Shown: positions 37,620 to 50,422 of the stretch, piece by piece
How positions within the stretch are numbered: position 1 is the stretch's first letter
Layout: every line of letters starts with the position of its first letter
Assembly: GCF_009914755.1 (NCBI RefSeq)
Contig: NC_060938.1
Source: the human T2T-CHM13v2.0 reference genome, Homo sapiens
DNA: 64,000 nt
Direction: 5' to 3' (one strand)
Translations under genes and position numbers: made by a program
Notes under the pieces: model-generated
Told to the model about the DNA's origin: nothing
What the model saw: only the letters and a program-made list of their open reading frames with translations
The model's database searches: none

Positions 37620-37735
37620 GAGCTCTGCCTCAGTGCTTTCAGCTAAAAATGGGGTGGGAACCCCCGGAGGCCCGGGCCGCCCTGGAAGTTCCCTTTTCTC
37701 TCTGTTCTTGGGAAGTCGATTGAGCAACAGCGGGG
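37620..37735 (-). promoter_or_regulatory. I-epsilon IL-4/CD40-responsive promoter
   Basis: C/EBP TTGCTCAAT 37719-37727, STAT6 TTCCCAAGAA 37705-37714, NF-kB GGGAACTTCC 37684-37693, second kB GGGGGTTCCC 37656-37665. Confidence 0.93.
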
Positions 37736-39894
37736 GTCAGGTGAGGCTCCTTCACTACCGATGCACACCGAGTGCTGGGGGAGGTTCTCTTCTCTCTCAG
37801 GCCCAACCCCAGGGCCCCTGCCTAGGTCCCGGACTCTCACTCTTGACGCATGCGTGGCTTGGTGGTCCCAGTCAGCAAACTTGGGGTCCCGTTGCCTGGG
37901 AAAGGGAGAGGGTACTGGGCATCGACGCCTCTGCTTCCACGAAAGCCTTGTGAAGAAAGGATGGGGGCGCTTTTGTGCAGGAGAATGAGGCGCACTGAGG
38001 TGAACTGGCCCTCGGGGGCCGCGTGTCCCAGATGTGTGTGCAGGGCCTCCTGATGGCCGCAGCCCTCGTCCCTGTGACCCGCTTGGAGCTGGCACCCTGA
38101 GTGGTGGCCTCACCTTGTACTCACTCCCAGGTCACTGTCCTGCAGCCGGGGATCCCAAGCTGGGCTGCTCCTCAAGGCGAGCACATGAAGGCTGGGGCCT
38201 GGCTGGGGGCTGGCAGGGAGCTGTGCGGAGGTGGCTGGTGGCTCTGCAAGGTCCTTGAAGCTGCTGGAGGCTGGGGACGCTGTGCCCCGTCTATGCCATG
38301 GGTGGGCGTGGGCACATGGAGAAGGCTGGGCTCGGGCTCGGTGGCCTTCCTGGAGGCGCCCATGGCATTCGTCCCTGGTTGCACCCAGTGCTCTGCTCTG
38401 AGCGAGATAATTTCCTTCACACCGTTGGCCTGCCTGTCCCCTGGAGGCCAGCATGCATGGAGTGGCCACTGGGGAGGGGTGGGTTGTATAGAATCTTTGG
38501 GGAGGGAGACACTGGGACCTGCCCCTGGGACCCTGGGTGCCCAGGGCTGGTTGTCCTGTGGAGGGAGAGGGGCTGTCAGGCCTGGTGCCCTCAGAGAGAT
38601 GCTCACCACGTGTGGAAGACACCAGAAGGGCTGCTGGCTGCCAGGGCCCTGGAGGGCTATGATGTGAGGCTCAGGGAACGCAGGCTGGGGGTGAGTGTTC
38701 CCAGGCTGTCCAAGGCCCCCATGCCCTGCTTGTGGCCCTGGAGAAAGGTGCCGTGTGGGAGGCTGAGGGGAAAATGCTGAGTTCCCTGGAAGGACCCATG
38801 ATTCTGAGAGAAACCACAGCAGGGGTGGTGAGCCTCCTGTTCCCCCACTTCCCGGGCCCCGGTGAGGCTGTGTGCACTGTGTGGGTGTGCCTGGGGCTCC
38901 ACTTGCCCCTCCCATGTACCTGCTCATTTTCCCCAGGCTGTGGGCATTTGGGGCAGGGGCCTCAGTGCCTGGTCGGCTCTCTCCCGGTTCTATCCAATGC
39001 CCCAAGCTGTGCTGGGCTGGAGGGGCCGGGCAGGGTGAGCCCCCAGGAAGGAGGTTGGCATCCCAGCTGGGGCTCCATCTCTGGCCTCTGCCAGCCTTGA
39101 GATCCCCAGTCGTCTGTGTCTCCCTCCTGGGGCCCAGCAGGCCTGCTCAGCTCTGAGCCCCATGTCTGTTCTCACCCTGCTCTGCTTTTCCTTGGGGTGC
39201 TGGCCCTGCCCTGGCCTCCAGAAATGGCCCCTGCCCCCACCCCTTCCTGTCTGAGGGGCCGGGCTGTTTCTCTCCTGCCCGGCGTGTGCCCACCTAGGCC
39301 CAATAGGCATAGTGCCCCCAGCCCCTCCTGCCCTCTTCTGGCCTTCACGCCCAGCCATGCCGGCAGCCTGCCTCAGTGGCCTGGGCCTTCGCCAGCGCCT
39401 GGCTCTGTGTCCAGCTGCCACTCCTGTGGCCCTACGGTGCTGCCCCTTTCCCTCAGTGATGGGGGCTGGGCTTCCTGGGAACGGGCTGTGTCTCAGCTGC
39501 ACACACCTGTGTGTGTCAGTGTGCGCATGGGAGTGCGTGTGTGTGCTGGGGGTGTGTGCAGGAATGCTTGTGTCTGGGGGCAGGGGGAGCGTCTGCCTTC
39601 CTGCCCCAGGCCTGGAATGGCCGTGCCAGGGTGGGTGGGAGCAGCGGGTGCGAGGACAGTGCTGCTTTGACGTCTGCGTGTGGCTGGTGGGGGCGGGAGG
39701 ACGTGGTGTGGCACGAGTCTCGGGCTCCCCATCTCCATCCAGCTGATCCCAGATGGCTGCGCTCCTGAGGGTTTAGAGCAGCCCAGGGGGTCAGGAGGCT
39801 GTTGGGACGCTGGAGGCAAGCGCTGGCAGGGATGGGGGTGGGCTGGCCAGGCAGCGTGGCCAGGGGGCTTCGAGCTGGGGCAGTGAACCATCCC

Positions 39895-40135
39895 CCAACT
39901 TTTTAAAGTTTTAAAAGTCATATTTACGCAAGTGTAGTTTACATTCAGTATAATCCATCCTGTGACATGTGAGTTTCAACAAATGCACACTCATGCGACC
40001 ACCACCGTAATCCAGATGAACAGTTGCAAGAAGATGTAGAACCTCTCCAAAAATTCCACCAGGCCCCTTTGCAATCAACGCCTCCCTGATGGCTAGGAAT
40101 CCATTGATCTGCATTCTGTCAGAAGACTCAGAGTT
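39895..40135 (-). mobile_element. Old L1M 3'-end fragment
   Basis: AT-rich TAGTTTACATTCAGTATAATCC..ACCACCACCGTAATC..AGAACCT..ATCCATTGATCTG pattern. Confidence 0.55.
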
Positions 40136-41420
40136 CATCATTAAAATGATCTATTATGGAAAATATTATAAGCATACAAAACACAAAACCAAGTTTTAAA
40201 AAGTGAGGTATTTCTTAAAAGTTTAGTATACAAACAAAATGAAGGTACCTTCACATTTTACTACAGATGTGCAGATAGTTTTCTTGGTGCACAGAGATAA
40301 GGCAGAATTAAGTCAGAATAAACGTTCTAAAACTGACCTCCGGAAGAACTAGTCTTAGTCATTTCTTTGCAGAGTATGTGAACCAAGATTCGGGTTTGGT
40401 CTTTGGTGTTAGCACTGTGTCAAGGATCAGATAGAAAGTACAAATGGAGGGGCCCCTTTCTGAGGCCAGGCCCCACTGTCGGGGCACGTGGGGTGACCAG
40501 GGGCCAATACCAGCTGAGGCTAAGAGGCTGCTCTCAGAAGGGTAGGTTTGCAGGTGTCTCTTGAACTCTTTGTTCAGAACCAGGACATGTGTGGCTGGGC
40601 AGCAGCCTTCAGACCCCCCACAGGCTGGTGCCCGGTGCCCACAGCCCTCTCTTGGGTTGTCAGGCCCCTGCACCCGTGGTGGGGTGTTGGGCTCCAGAGT
40701 TCCCTGGGACCAGCTGATCTCTTGTCCTTGGTTTTGGCCCAAATGCAAGCCCCTGGTCTCCTCCAAGTAACTTCCTTTCCCCAGGGCTGTCCAGGCCCCA
40801 CCGCTCCCTGTTCCTTCCCAGGGCCTCCCGCAAGTCCCGATGCTGACGCCTCTCTGCCCACCTAGTTTGTGGCCGCCGCCTCCAGCTCTGTGTCTGCCTC
40901 CCAGCGAGGGAGCCGTGGTTGATGATCTCGTGAGTGTCTGCCCTTCTGAAGGGTACAGTGTGAAGTCTCGTCAGTCTCACTTCAATGCCTAAGCACCTCT
41001 TCAGAAACCAGGGAGTCATCCGGGTTTCTCCATCTTTAACCATGTTTTCTAAAGGTTTTCTTGGCAATTTCCTGGCAATTTGCAAGACAGGATTTTTTGG
41101 TTGCCAACTTCCAATTAGCTTTAAACTTGCCACGATCTCCCAGGTCATCCCGTCCATCGATGATGCTTATTACATTCTTCCTGATTTCCATGTGGCCAAA
41201 TTCAATAGTTATTTACCCCAGGCTTGTATTTTGGAGGCTAAAGAACTCTGTTACCAGCTATATCCGTGCTGTGGCTGCCGTAACAAAATATCACAAATGT
41301 GGCTTAAAACAACAAAAATTTTTTCAGAGTTCTGGGAGTCAGGAATCTGAGATCAAGGTGTTGGTGGCTGTCTCTGAGTGCTCCAGGGGAGGACCGTCCA
41401 CCTCTTCCAGCTTCCTGTGG

Positions 41421-44400
41421 TGCAATAGTTTGGATGTGTGTCTCTCCAAATTTCATGTTGAGATGTGATTCCCAGTGTTGGAGGTGGGCCTGGTGGGAGG
41501 TGATTAGATCATGGGGCTGGACCCCTCATGAATGGCCTAGCACCATCTCCCAGGTGATGAGCGAGTTCTCCCTCAGTTAGTCCCTGTGACAGCTCATTGT
41601 TTAAAAGTCTGGGACGTGCCACTTCTCTTCTCTTGCTCCCTCTTGCCATGTGACATGCCTGCTCCCCCTTCGCCTTCTGCCGTGATTGCAATCTCCCTGA
41701 GGCCTCGCCAGAAGCAGATGCCAGGGCCGTGTTTCCGGAATGGCTGCAGAACTGTGAGCTAGTTAATCCTCCCTTCCTTGCCACAGTGCCTGGTGCAAAC
41801 CTCTTTTCTTTATAAATTACCAGATTCATGTTTTTTTTTTTTCTAGTAACACAAATAGACTAACTCAGAACATTGGTATTGAGGAGTGGAACATTGCTAT
41901 AAGGATACCTGAAAATGTGGAAGCAGCTTTGGAATCAGGTAACAGGCAGAGAGGTTAGAAGAATTTGGAGGACTCAGAAGAAGACAGGAAGATGAGGGAA
42001 AGTTTGGAATTTCTTAGAGACTATTAAATGGTTGTCACCAAAATGCTGATAGACATATGGACTGTGAAAGCCAGGCTGATGAAATCTCAGATGGAAATGA
42101 GGAACTTATTGGGAACTGGGGTAAAGGTCACGCTTGTTAAATCCTAAGAAACAACTTGGCTGCATTGTGTTCATGCCCTAGGGATCTGTGGAAGTTTGAC
42201 CTTAAGAGTGATGACTTAGGGCATCTGTGGAAGACATTTCTAAGCAGATGTTTCTAAGGTGTGACCTGGTTGCTTCTAAGAGTCTATGGTAAGATATGGG
42301 AGCAAAGAAATGACTTAAAGTTGGAACTTATATTTAAAAGGTGTAAACGACAAAATAAAATGCTAATCCAAGGGGATTCCAAAGAAACCTGGAAAACCAG
42401 TTCAGGCCATGACAGGAAGGGGAGGGTGGTTTGGACTCCCTCACTATACCCTCTCCCTGTTGGAGCTTAGGCTCAGCTGACCAGTGTTAACATTAAAACA
42501 GGGAGCTTAAGACTGACAAAGCAGACTCTTTGTAGCAATAAGATATCAAATCCCAACCTGACTCTGGTATAGCATCACATGATAGGTGGCAGGCATGGAA
42601 GGAAATTAAAGTATTTTATCCCAGAATATGTTTCTCTGACACATTTTGGAAGGGCCCTGCAAAGCCGTCTCTTGTGGAGGAAATGTATATTCTGTTGAGA
42701 ATCTTTTTCCCTTTCCAGGTCTCTTCCTGATTCAGGAGAGATTTATCCAAGAGTCTGGCACCTTTTAGGTTCTGATAAGAGACATTGACCGTCTCTTCTC
42801 TCTGGAACGTGGAGGCTTCGTCTACATAACAAGAACCTTGGCTTCCACAACCCCCTTATCTTAAGCATTGCTTTTCGCTGACTTCAACTTTTTAGATAAT
42901 TTAACTTTTTCAGCCAATCGCCAATCAGAAAATCTTCAAATCCACCTATGATTTGGAATTCCCCACTTTGAATTGTCCTGCCATTCCAAACCAAACTAAT
43001 GTATACTTTACATATATTGATTGATGTCTGATGTCTCCCTAAAACATAAAACCAGGCCGCAACCCAAGCACCTTGCACAGGTGTTCTCAGGACCTTTTGA
43101 GGCTGTGCCACAGTTCATGGCTCTCAGATTTGGCTCAGAATCAATCTCGTCAAGTGTTTTATAGAGTTTGGCTTTTTTCGTCAACAAAGGGAAGCAGAGC
43201 ATAAAAAATTTGGAAAATTCATGGCCTGGCCATGTGGTAGAAAAGAAAAGGTATTTTCAGGAGACAAATATAAGTAGGCTATGGAGCAGCCAGTTGCTAG
43301 AGAGATTAGCATAACTAAAAGGGAGCTAAGTGCTCATATCCAGAACAAAGGGAAAAAGGCCTTGAAGGCATTTTGGAAATCTCTGAGGTGGTCTTTCCCA
43401 TCACAGGCCCAGAGGCCAAGAGGGAAAGGATGGTTTTGTGGGCCATGGCCATGGCCACTGCTGCCTGTGCAGCCTTGGGACACTGCTCTCCACATCCTGG
43501 TTCCTCTGGCTCCAGCCTTGGCTCAAAGGGCCCCAAGTACAGCTTAGGCTGCTTCTTTGGAGAGTGCAAGCCACTATAAGCCTTGGTGACTTCCATCTGG
43601 TGTTAAGCCTGTAGGACCCCAGAATGCAAGAGTGAAGGAGGCTTGGCATCTTCCCTCTAGATTTCAGAAATGTATGAGAAAGCCTAGCTGCCCAGACAGA
43701 AGCCTCCTGCCAGCATGGAGCCCTCACAGAGAACCTCTACTAGAGCAGTGCCAAAGAGAATGTGGGGTTGAACCCCCATATAATGTCCCCACCAGGGCAC
43801 TGCCTAGTGGAGCTGTGGGAAGGGGGCCACTGTCCTCCAGACCCCAGAATGGTGGATCCACTGGCAGCTTGCACCCTGAATCTGGAAAAGCCACAGGCAC
43901 TCAACTCTATCATGTGAGAGAAGCCACAGGGGCAACATCCTCCAAAGCCACAAGGGTAGAGTTGTCCAAGGCCTTGGGAGTCCACCCCCTGCACCAGTGT
44001 GCCCTGGATATGGGACACGCAGTCAAAGGAGATTACCTTGGAGCTTTAAGATTTAATAACTGCCCTGCTGGATTTCTGACATGTATGGGGCATGTAGATC
44101 CTTTCTTTTTGCCAACTTCTCCCTTGTGGAATGGGAATGTTTACCCAATGTCTGCACTCTCATTGTATTTTGGGAGTCAATTTGTCTTTGATTTCCTAGG
44201 CTGATAGGTGGAAGGGACTCATCTTCAGATGAGACTTGGGACTTGGGAATTTTGGGTTGATTCTGGAATGAGGTAAGACTTTGGGGGATTGTTGAGAAGG
44301 CATAATTATATTTTGCAACATGAGAAGGACATGAGATTTGGGGGACCAGGGGTGGAAGGATATGGTTTATATATTTGTCCCCTCCAAATCTCATGTTGCA

Positions 44401-44770
44401 ATATGATTCCCAGTGTTGGAAGTGGGGCCTGGTAGGAGGTGATTAGATCAAGGGGGAAGATCCCTCATGAATGATTGAGCATCTTCCCCTTGGTGATGAG
44501 TGAATTCTCCCCCAGTCAGCTCACACACAATCTAGTTGTTTAAGTCTGGGGCCCCTCTCAGCCTCTTGCTCCCATTCTTGCCATGTGGCATACCTGCTCT
44601 CCCTTCACCTTCTGCTATGACTGTAAGTTTCCTGAGGTCCTCGCCAGAAGCAGATGCTGGTGCCATGCTTCCTATACAGCCTGCAGAACTGTGAGCCAAT
44701 TCAACCTCTTTCCTTTATAACTTACTCAGCCTCAGGTATTTCTTTACAGTAATGCAAATGGACAAACACA
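41421..44770 (+). mobile_element. Full-structure MST (MaLR) provirus: LTR 41421-41866, internal region, LTR ~44358-44770
   Basis: Two homologous ~420-450 bp direct LTRs; internal sequence typical of MST/THE1-int; flanks TGTGG/GGTGG resemble a 5-bp TSD. Confidence 0.85.
42342..43186 (+). mobile_element. ERV1 MER4-group solo LTR inside MST-int
   Basis: TGTAAAC..AAAATAAAAT start, AGAGTTTGGCTTTTTTCGTCAACA end, 4-bp TSD AAGG (42338-41 and 43187-90). Confidence 0.8.
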
Positions 44771-45129
44771 GGTGGCTCCTGACACACCGCTCATCTTCTC
44801 CTTTGTCATCATATGGCTTACCTCCATGTATGTCTGTGTCCTCTCCTCTTATGAGGACACCAGTGTTTGGACTTGGGATCCATCCAAAATTTAGTATGAT
44901 ATCATCTCAAGTCCTTAACCTAATTTGTAAAGACCCTGTTTGCAAATAAGGTCACATTCTGAGGTTCCAGGTGGGCATACATTTGGCCAGGGAGATGCCA
45001 TCAGCCCACCACACCAGCCTATGCAGGTACATTTGCATATAGCTTAGGGTTGACCTTTCCCATGGAAGTATTACATCCCCCTCTGGACTCCAGTTTCACA
45101 TGTTTTAGAATGCTTCGCCTTCTCCAGCA

Positions 45130-46520
45130 GGATGAGTCTTTTTTCCTTTTTTAGTATTTTTCTCTCTTTTCTTTGGATTGGATTAAAAATAATTGATATA
45201 TTCTATTGATGCATCTTTAAGTTTTCAGTTCCTTCTTTTGTCTTCTCCAATCTGTTATTAAACTTGGGTAATGTTTTTCTCTTTCTTTTCTTTTTTAATA
45301 AAATAGAGATGGGGTTTCACCACGTTGCCCAGGCTGGTCTCAAGCTCCTGAGATCAAGTGATACTTCCCTGTTGGGCCCCCAAAGAGCTAGGATTACAGG
45401 TATGAGCCACTGGGCCTGGCCAAATGTTTTTCATTTCAGAATCATACTTTTAGTTCTAGAATTTTCATTTGGTTCTTGTAACTATTTTCAGTTTTTTATA
45501 GAGATACCTCATCTAGTCACTCATGATAACCATATTCTCTAAGTCTTTGAACATTTTTAACATAACTTCTTTAAAGTCCTTGTCTGATAACTGTATCTGC
45601 ATCTAGGTCATCTTGGAGTTGATCTCCATTGATCCCTTTTTCTTCTGACTTTGGATCACATTTTCATGTTTCTTTGCATCCATGGTAATTTTGGATGTGC
45701 ACCTGATGTTGTTGATAACATGTGTACAGGCTATGGGGTTTGCATCCTTCCTTAGCAGAGCATTAATTGTTTTTTTCATGTTAGCAAGCAGTTAGCTTGA
45801 GTTGACTCAAACTCCCAAGTCTGTCTGCCTGGGAGTTGGCAGTATCTGCAATCTCAGTTCTCTTGACCTTACAGGTGCTGCTTTCTGCTGGACCCTTTGG
45901 AGTTTTCCCTACCCATGCACACCTAAGGGATCGGCCAGAGGTTTCAGTGGAGTTTACCTGCAGGTTGTGGGGTTTCCCTTCGGTGACCTTCTCCTTTATG
46001 GACATCTTCTCTTCATTTCCAGCTGCTCTGAAAATGTAGCCCTGCATCCCACTCCTCACCAGGAGGACTGCAGTTTCCTGCTTGAACTCTAGCTGCACCC
46101 ATTACATGCCCTGGGGTGTGACTTCAGATGAATATTTCAGGGAATAATCCTTACTAGTGTTTGCCTACTTCTGGTCATGTTCCAGTGCCTGTAATTGGTG
46201 TGTGTGGGTGTTGTGTGTGCTTACAGCATTTCCAGTGTTTATAATTGCCATCTGCCAAAGGGCTGGTCTGATATTAGCTGCTCCAGCATTATTGGAATCG
46301 GAACTACTTTCTCTCATGTGGTTTTTCATTTTCATTTCCCTGTTGACTAGTGTGGTTCAACACCTTTTCATATGTTTAGTGGCTATTTGGATATCTTCTG
46401 TAAAACATCTGTTCAATTCTCTTGCCTATTCCTCGTTGGATTATTTGATTTTTTTTCTCATTGGTTTACAGGGGTCTTCTTTATATTATGGATCTGTTTG
46501 TGTCAGTCAGTTATATATGT
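45130..46520 (-). mobile_element. Old L1M fragments
   Basis: T-rich L1-like text, e.g. CATTTCCCTGTTGACTAGTG..CACCTTTTCATATGTTTAGTGGCTATTTGGATATCTTCT. Confidence 0.55.
45290..45421 (-). mobile_element. Alu left monomer (FLAM-like)
   Basis: TAGAGATGGGGTTTCACCACGTTGCCCAGGCTGGTCTC..GGATTACAGGTATGAGCCACTG..CTGGCC. Confidence 0.85.
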
Positions 46521-46677
46521 TTATAGGAAGCATTAAGAAGAACTGAAATGGACCAAATGATTACTAGGTGCCTTCCATGGAAAGCAAGGCATCGTCTTGT
46601 ACACTCTTCCAGGTTATTTCATTCTGTGGAGCTCTGCATCTTTCATTTCCTTTGAACTATTTTACACCTCTATAAGC

Positions 46678-47008
46678 CAGGGGTCCCCAACCCCTGGGTC
46701 ATGCACTGGAACCGGTTCATGGCCTGTTAGGAACTGGGCCACAGAGCAAGAGGTGAGGGATGTGTGAGCATTCCTGCCCGAGCTCCACCTCCCGTCAGGT
46801 CAGTGGCAGCATTAGATTCTCATAGGAGCGAACCCTATTGCGAGCTGCACATTCCTGGGATCTAAGTTGCACACTCCTTATGACACCCTAATGCGTAATG
46901 ATCTGAGGTAGCACAGCTTTGTCCCCAAGACATCCCCCGATCTTGGTCTGTGGAAAAATTGTCTTCCATGGAACTGGTTCCTGGTGCCAAAAATGTTGGG
47001 GACCACTG
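46678..47008. mobile_element. MER1-type hAT-Charlie MITE
   Basis: Terminal inverted repeats CAGGGGTCCCCAAC / GTTGGGGACCACTG; degenerate 8-bp TSD CTATAAGC/CTCTAAGT. Confidence 0.88.
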
Positions 47009-47945
47009 CTCTAAGTTGTACATAATTGATAGCAATGCAAAAACTCTTTGAGTTGGTAGAAATGCAAGTTCTCATCTTTGGAAGGACAATGAATTGCTCC
47101 TCCTCTGCCAGGGAAAAGGCCAGTTTTGCATCTATCTATGAACTCCTTTTAGCATTCCTGAATCAATTATGTAAGTGTAGTACTTAGAATTCCACTTTGA
47201 ACTGGTTGCAACACCTTAGTTAATAAGATAAAGAGCATCTCTGAAATGTGTCGTCATATGTTTATGTGAGTCCTGATCATAATAGTTTTAAAAAATGATC
47301 TCTTAACTCGTGATTTCTTCTCCCTCATGGCCCCACCCAGCCGCAGTATCCAGGGAGCTTAGTTTTCTGTGGCCCAGGAGGGCAGGAGAACCGGTGTTGA
47401 TGGGGAGATCTGAGGTTGGCCCCAACTTTTCCCCACAGCTCTGCTTCAAGGAGTGCCCTGGGAAGGCCTCCCAACCCCACACCTGTCCTGTTGGCCAAGG
47501 CGAGCTCCATGCCATGTGGCATCTCTGCCGCTGGCCACCTGGTGAGTATCTGTTGAATAGAGAAATGTGCAGCATCTCCACAGAGCTTCCAGGGCTTCTG
47601 TGCTCTCCAAACATCTCTGGGCTCCCGGCACCCTCTCAGGGTATGATGTGTTGGTGGCTGGGTTGGGCCCCTGTCCCTGAGGGTAGGACTCAGGCAAGGA
47701 CAAAGCTCTGGACTCAAAGAGCTGGTGTGGGGGTGAGTGAAAGGAACAGGAGCTTTGGGGTCAGAAATGCGGGTTTCAGCCTGCATTGTCCCCATGAGCA
47801 GGGGCTGCAGACTCACCAAGACCTCAGTTTCTACCATGGTGAGAGAGTGTCAGAGACTGCAGCACGTATTTGAAAAGCGTCCAGGGACGGCAGGGGTCTG
47901 GGTTGGACCAGCTCTCCTGAATACTGAGGGTGCGATCTTGACCAT

Positions 47946-48417
47946 TGTGAAAGGAAAATAAAATCTCAGGACCCTAAAGTCACTATGCCAAAAAGAACAG
48001 TTGAGGTGGGAAGCTGAGTCATGAAAAAAAAAAAAGTCATGCGTTTCCTTTTGTTTCCAAACTGAGAGCAGCAGCAGATAGGCCAGGTCTACCCAGGTGG
48101 CCTCCCTCACCCTGACAATATAAATTAACAGGCCGGTCTTCATGACATGGGACAAAATGAGACAAGAAATCGTCCCTCCTACCCCTGAGACGAATGCATA
48201 TTTGACTTCTTCCTCTACTCTGTTTATTTTCTTATAAAGTGCAGATTTACTGAGCACAAGGCGAATGCGTAATTGCTCCCTCCACCCCTCCTTTTCATGC
48301 AACGTGGGGGCTCAGTGAGATGTAATCAAAGCCTCAGAAGAATGTGACCCTCCCCTCTTGCTTTTTTCTCTTTCATCTTTCCCCTCCTCCAGCTTTTCCC
48401 CTTTTCAATATTGAAGC
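47946..48417 (+). mobile_element. MER4-group LTR, 3'-truncated
   Basis: TGTGAAAGGAAAATAAAATCTCAGGACCC..CACTATGCCAAA start. Confidence 0.7.
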
Positions 48418-48797
48418 AGGACGTAGTGTGACTGCATCTGGGGTCAGGTGTGGGGTGGTCCACATGGACAGTGAGGAAGGTGGTCCCTGCCCGTGGTGGT
48501 CCGGGTTTCCTGGGAGATGGCCAGACGTGGGTGCTGAGGGGAGGAGGCCAGTGCAGTCACTGGATGGGAGAGAGCATGTCCATTGTGCTGAGTGGGCTGG
48601 GAGGGATCCACAGAGAAGACGGTGTGGCTCAACAGTTGGCACTGGGGACAGGAACGTGGGTGAAGGGCCTGGCACATGGAGTAGCTCAAGGCGTGAGGCT
48701 GTGACCCACCTGGAGAGCCTGTGCCTGAGTGCACAGGGTGGGTGCTGGGGTTGCAAGCGCGTGTGTCCCTGTGTGAGGACCGTGTGAGTACACGTGT

Positions 48798-48920
48798 GTG
48801 TCACGTGTCCCCCATGCGTGTCAGGCATTGTTGCGTGTCCCCCATGCGTGGCAGGCAGCATCACGTGTCCCCCATGCGTGGCAGGCATTGTCGCGTGGCC
48901 CCCGTTCGTGGCAGGCATGT
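48798..48920. repeat. Short ~29-30-bp tandem repeat (CACGTGTCCCCCATGCGTGGCAGGCA), ~4 copies
   Basis: Direct inspection. Confidence 0.8.
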
Positions 48921-49649
48921 GCAGCCTGAGTACCATGCCAGATGCGGCGTTCTGTCTCCTCCAGGCCCTGCCCTGCCGTGTGAGCAGGGAGCTTCCCCAT
49001 GGGACTGATGTTCTGTCTCCTCCAGGCCTGGCCCTGTCCTACCATGTTAGCAGGGAGCTTGGCCATGGGAGTGGTGGGCACAGGCGTGGCTGTGCCGGGC
49101 CTCACTGGCTGGATTCGGTGGGGACACCATACCCCTTGCTGAGTGTGGGTGTCAGAGGGTTCGAGGTGCCCTCTGGGAGGTGGTTGGGCAGAGGCAGGGT
49201 TGGGAGCGTGTGGGGAGATGGGTGTTCAGCTAGGTTCCTTCCCTGTGCAGGGGCTCAGCTGAAACCTGGGCTCTCACTCCCCTCACCCCTGCCTCCCCAG
49301 CATCCTCACTCTGCCCCTCTCTTCAGCCTGCCTCGGGCCTTGCCCTGGGACCCCTGCTGAGATGACAGGAGGGGCTTCAGCAGCACCCTGTGCTGGGTGG
49401 ACGCCGAGGTCACAGGCTTGCTCTGTGTCTCCTCACAAGGCCACGTGGTGGCAGGTCCTTCCTCCTGTCTAACCAGAGTCCTGCTTGCTGCTCTGCAACC
49501 CCCTTGGGTCACGTGGGGCAGGGGCACCTGGCAGGGTGGGCTTCGTGGACTCAAGGGCCACCAGTTCCTCCAGGTCAACCTGCTCAGATCGTTCCATTCT
49601 CCCCCTTCCCTTGGCCACAGAGACCTCTGTATGCTGGGGTGACCACAAA

Positions 49650-50422
49650 TGTCACAACAGCAGAGTCACACCAGGAATGTCACACCATGTCACACCACAT
49701 CACACTATGTCATGCCAGGGATGTCACGCCACATCACACCATGAAACTCATCATCACACTAGGGATGTCATACCCTGCCACACCCCATCCTGCCACATCA
49801 CACCATGTCACACCGCATCACATCACACCAAGGATGTGGCACCCTGTCACAGCACGTCACACGTCACATCATGTCACACCACACCTCATCACACCACAGA
49901 TGTCATACCCCATCACACCACATCACATTACATCACACCACGTCAAACTACCTCACACCCCATCACACCAGGGATGTCACACCCCATCACACCACATCAC
50001 ATGTCACACCACGTCACATGCCACACCATATCACAGTATGTCACAGCCTGTTACACTTCATCACACCACATCACACCAGGGATGTCACACCTTGTCCCAT
50101 CACATCACATCATGTCACACCATTCCACATCATTTCATATTATAGCTCATCATACCAGGGATGTCATACCCATCACACTATGTCATAGCACATCACACCA
50201 GGGATGTCACACTGTGTCACACCACATCCCACCATGTGCAACACCACCTCACACCAGGGACATTACACCATGTCACACCACATCACATCACCCCTTGGAT
50301 ATCACACCGTCATACCACATCATACAACATCACACCATGTCCTGTCACATCATGCCACATGACATCCACGTCGCACCAGAGACATCACACCACGTCACAC
50401 CATGTCATGTTACATCACAGCA
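49650..50422. repeat. Degenerate (CACAT/GTCAC/CACAC) pentamer tract with CCAGGGATGTCA landmarks
   Basis: Direct inspection; source of the His-rich ORFs. Confidence 0.9.

Larger units (their letters stand above)
41255..45013 (-). mobile_element. MLT1-type LTR split in two (41255-41420 and 44771-45013)
   Basis: GGCTGCCGTAACAAAATATCACAAA..GGCTTAAAACAACA start; ..AAAGACCCTGTTTGCAAATAAGGTCACATTCTGAGG..CAGCCCACCACA end. Confidence 0.7.

Noticed and set aside
40660-41350. Protein-like ORFs of 165 aa (-) and 121 aa (+) as a possible pseudogene
   Set aside because: No recognisable homologue; part resembles an old L2 fragment (CATGTGGCCAAATTCAATAG). A tBLASTn/Dfam search would settle it.
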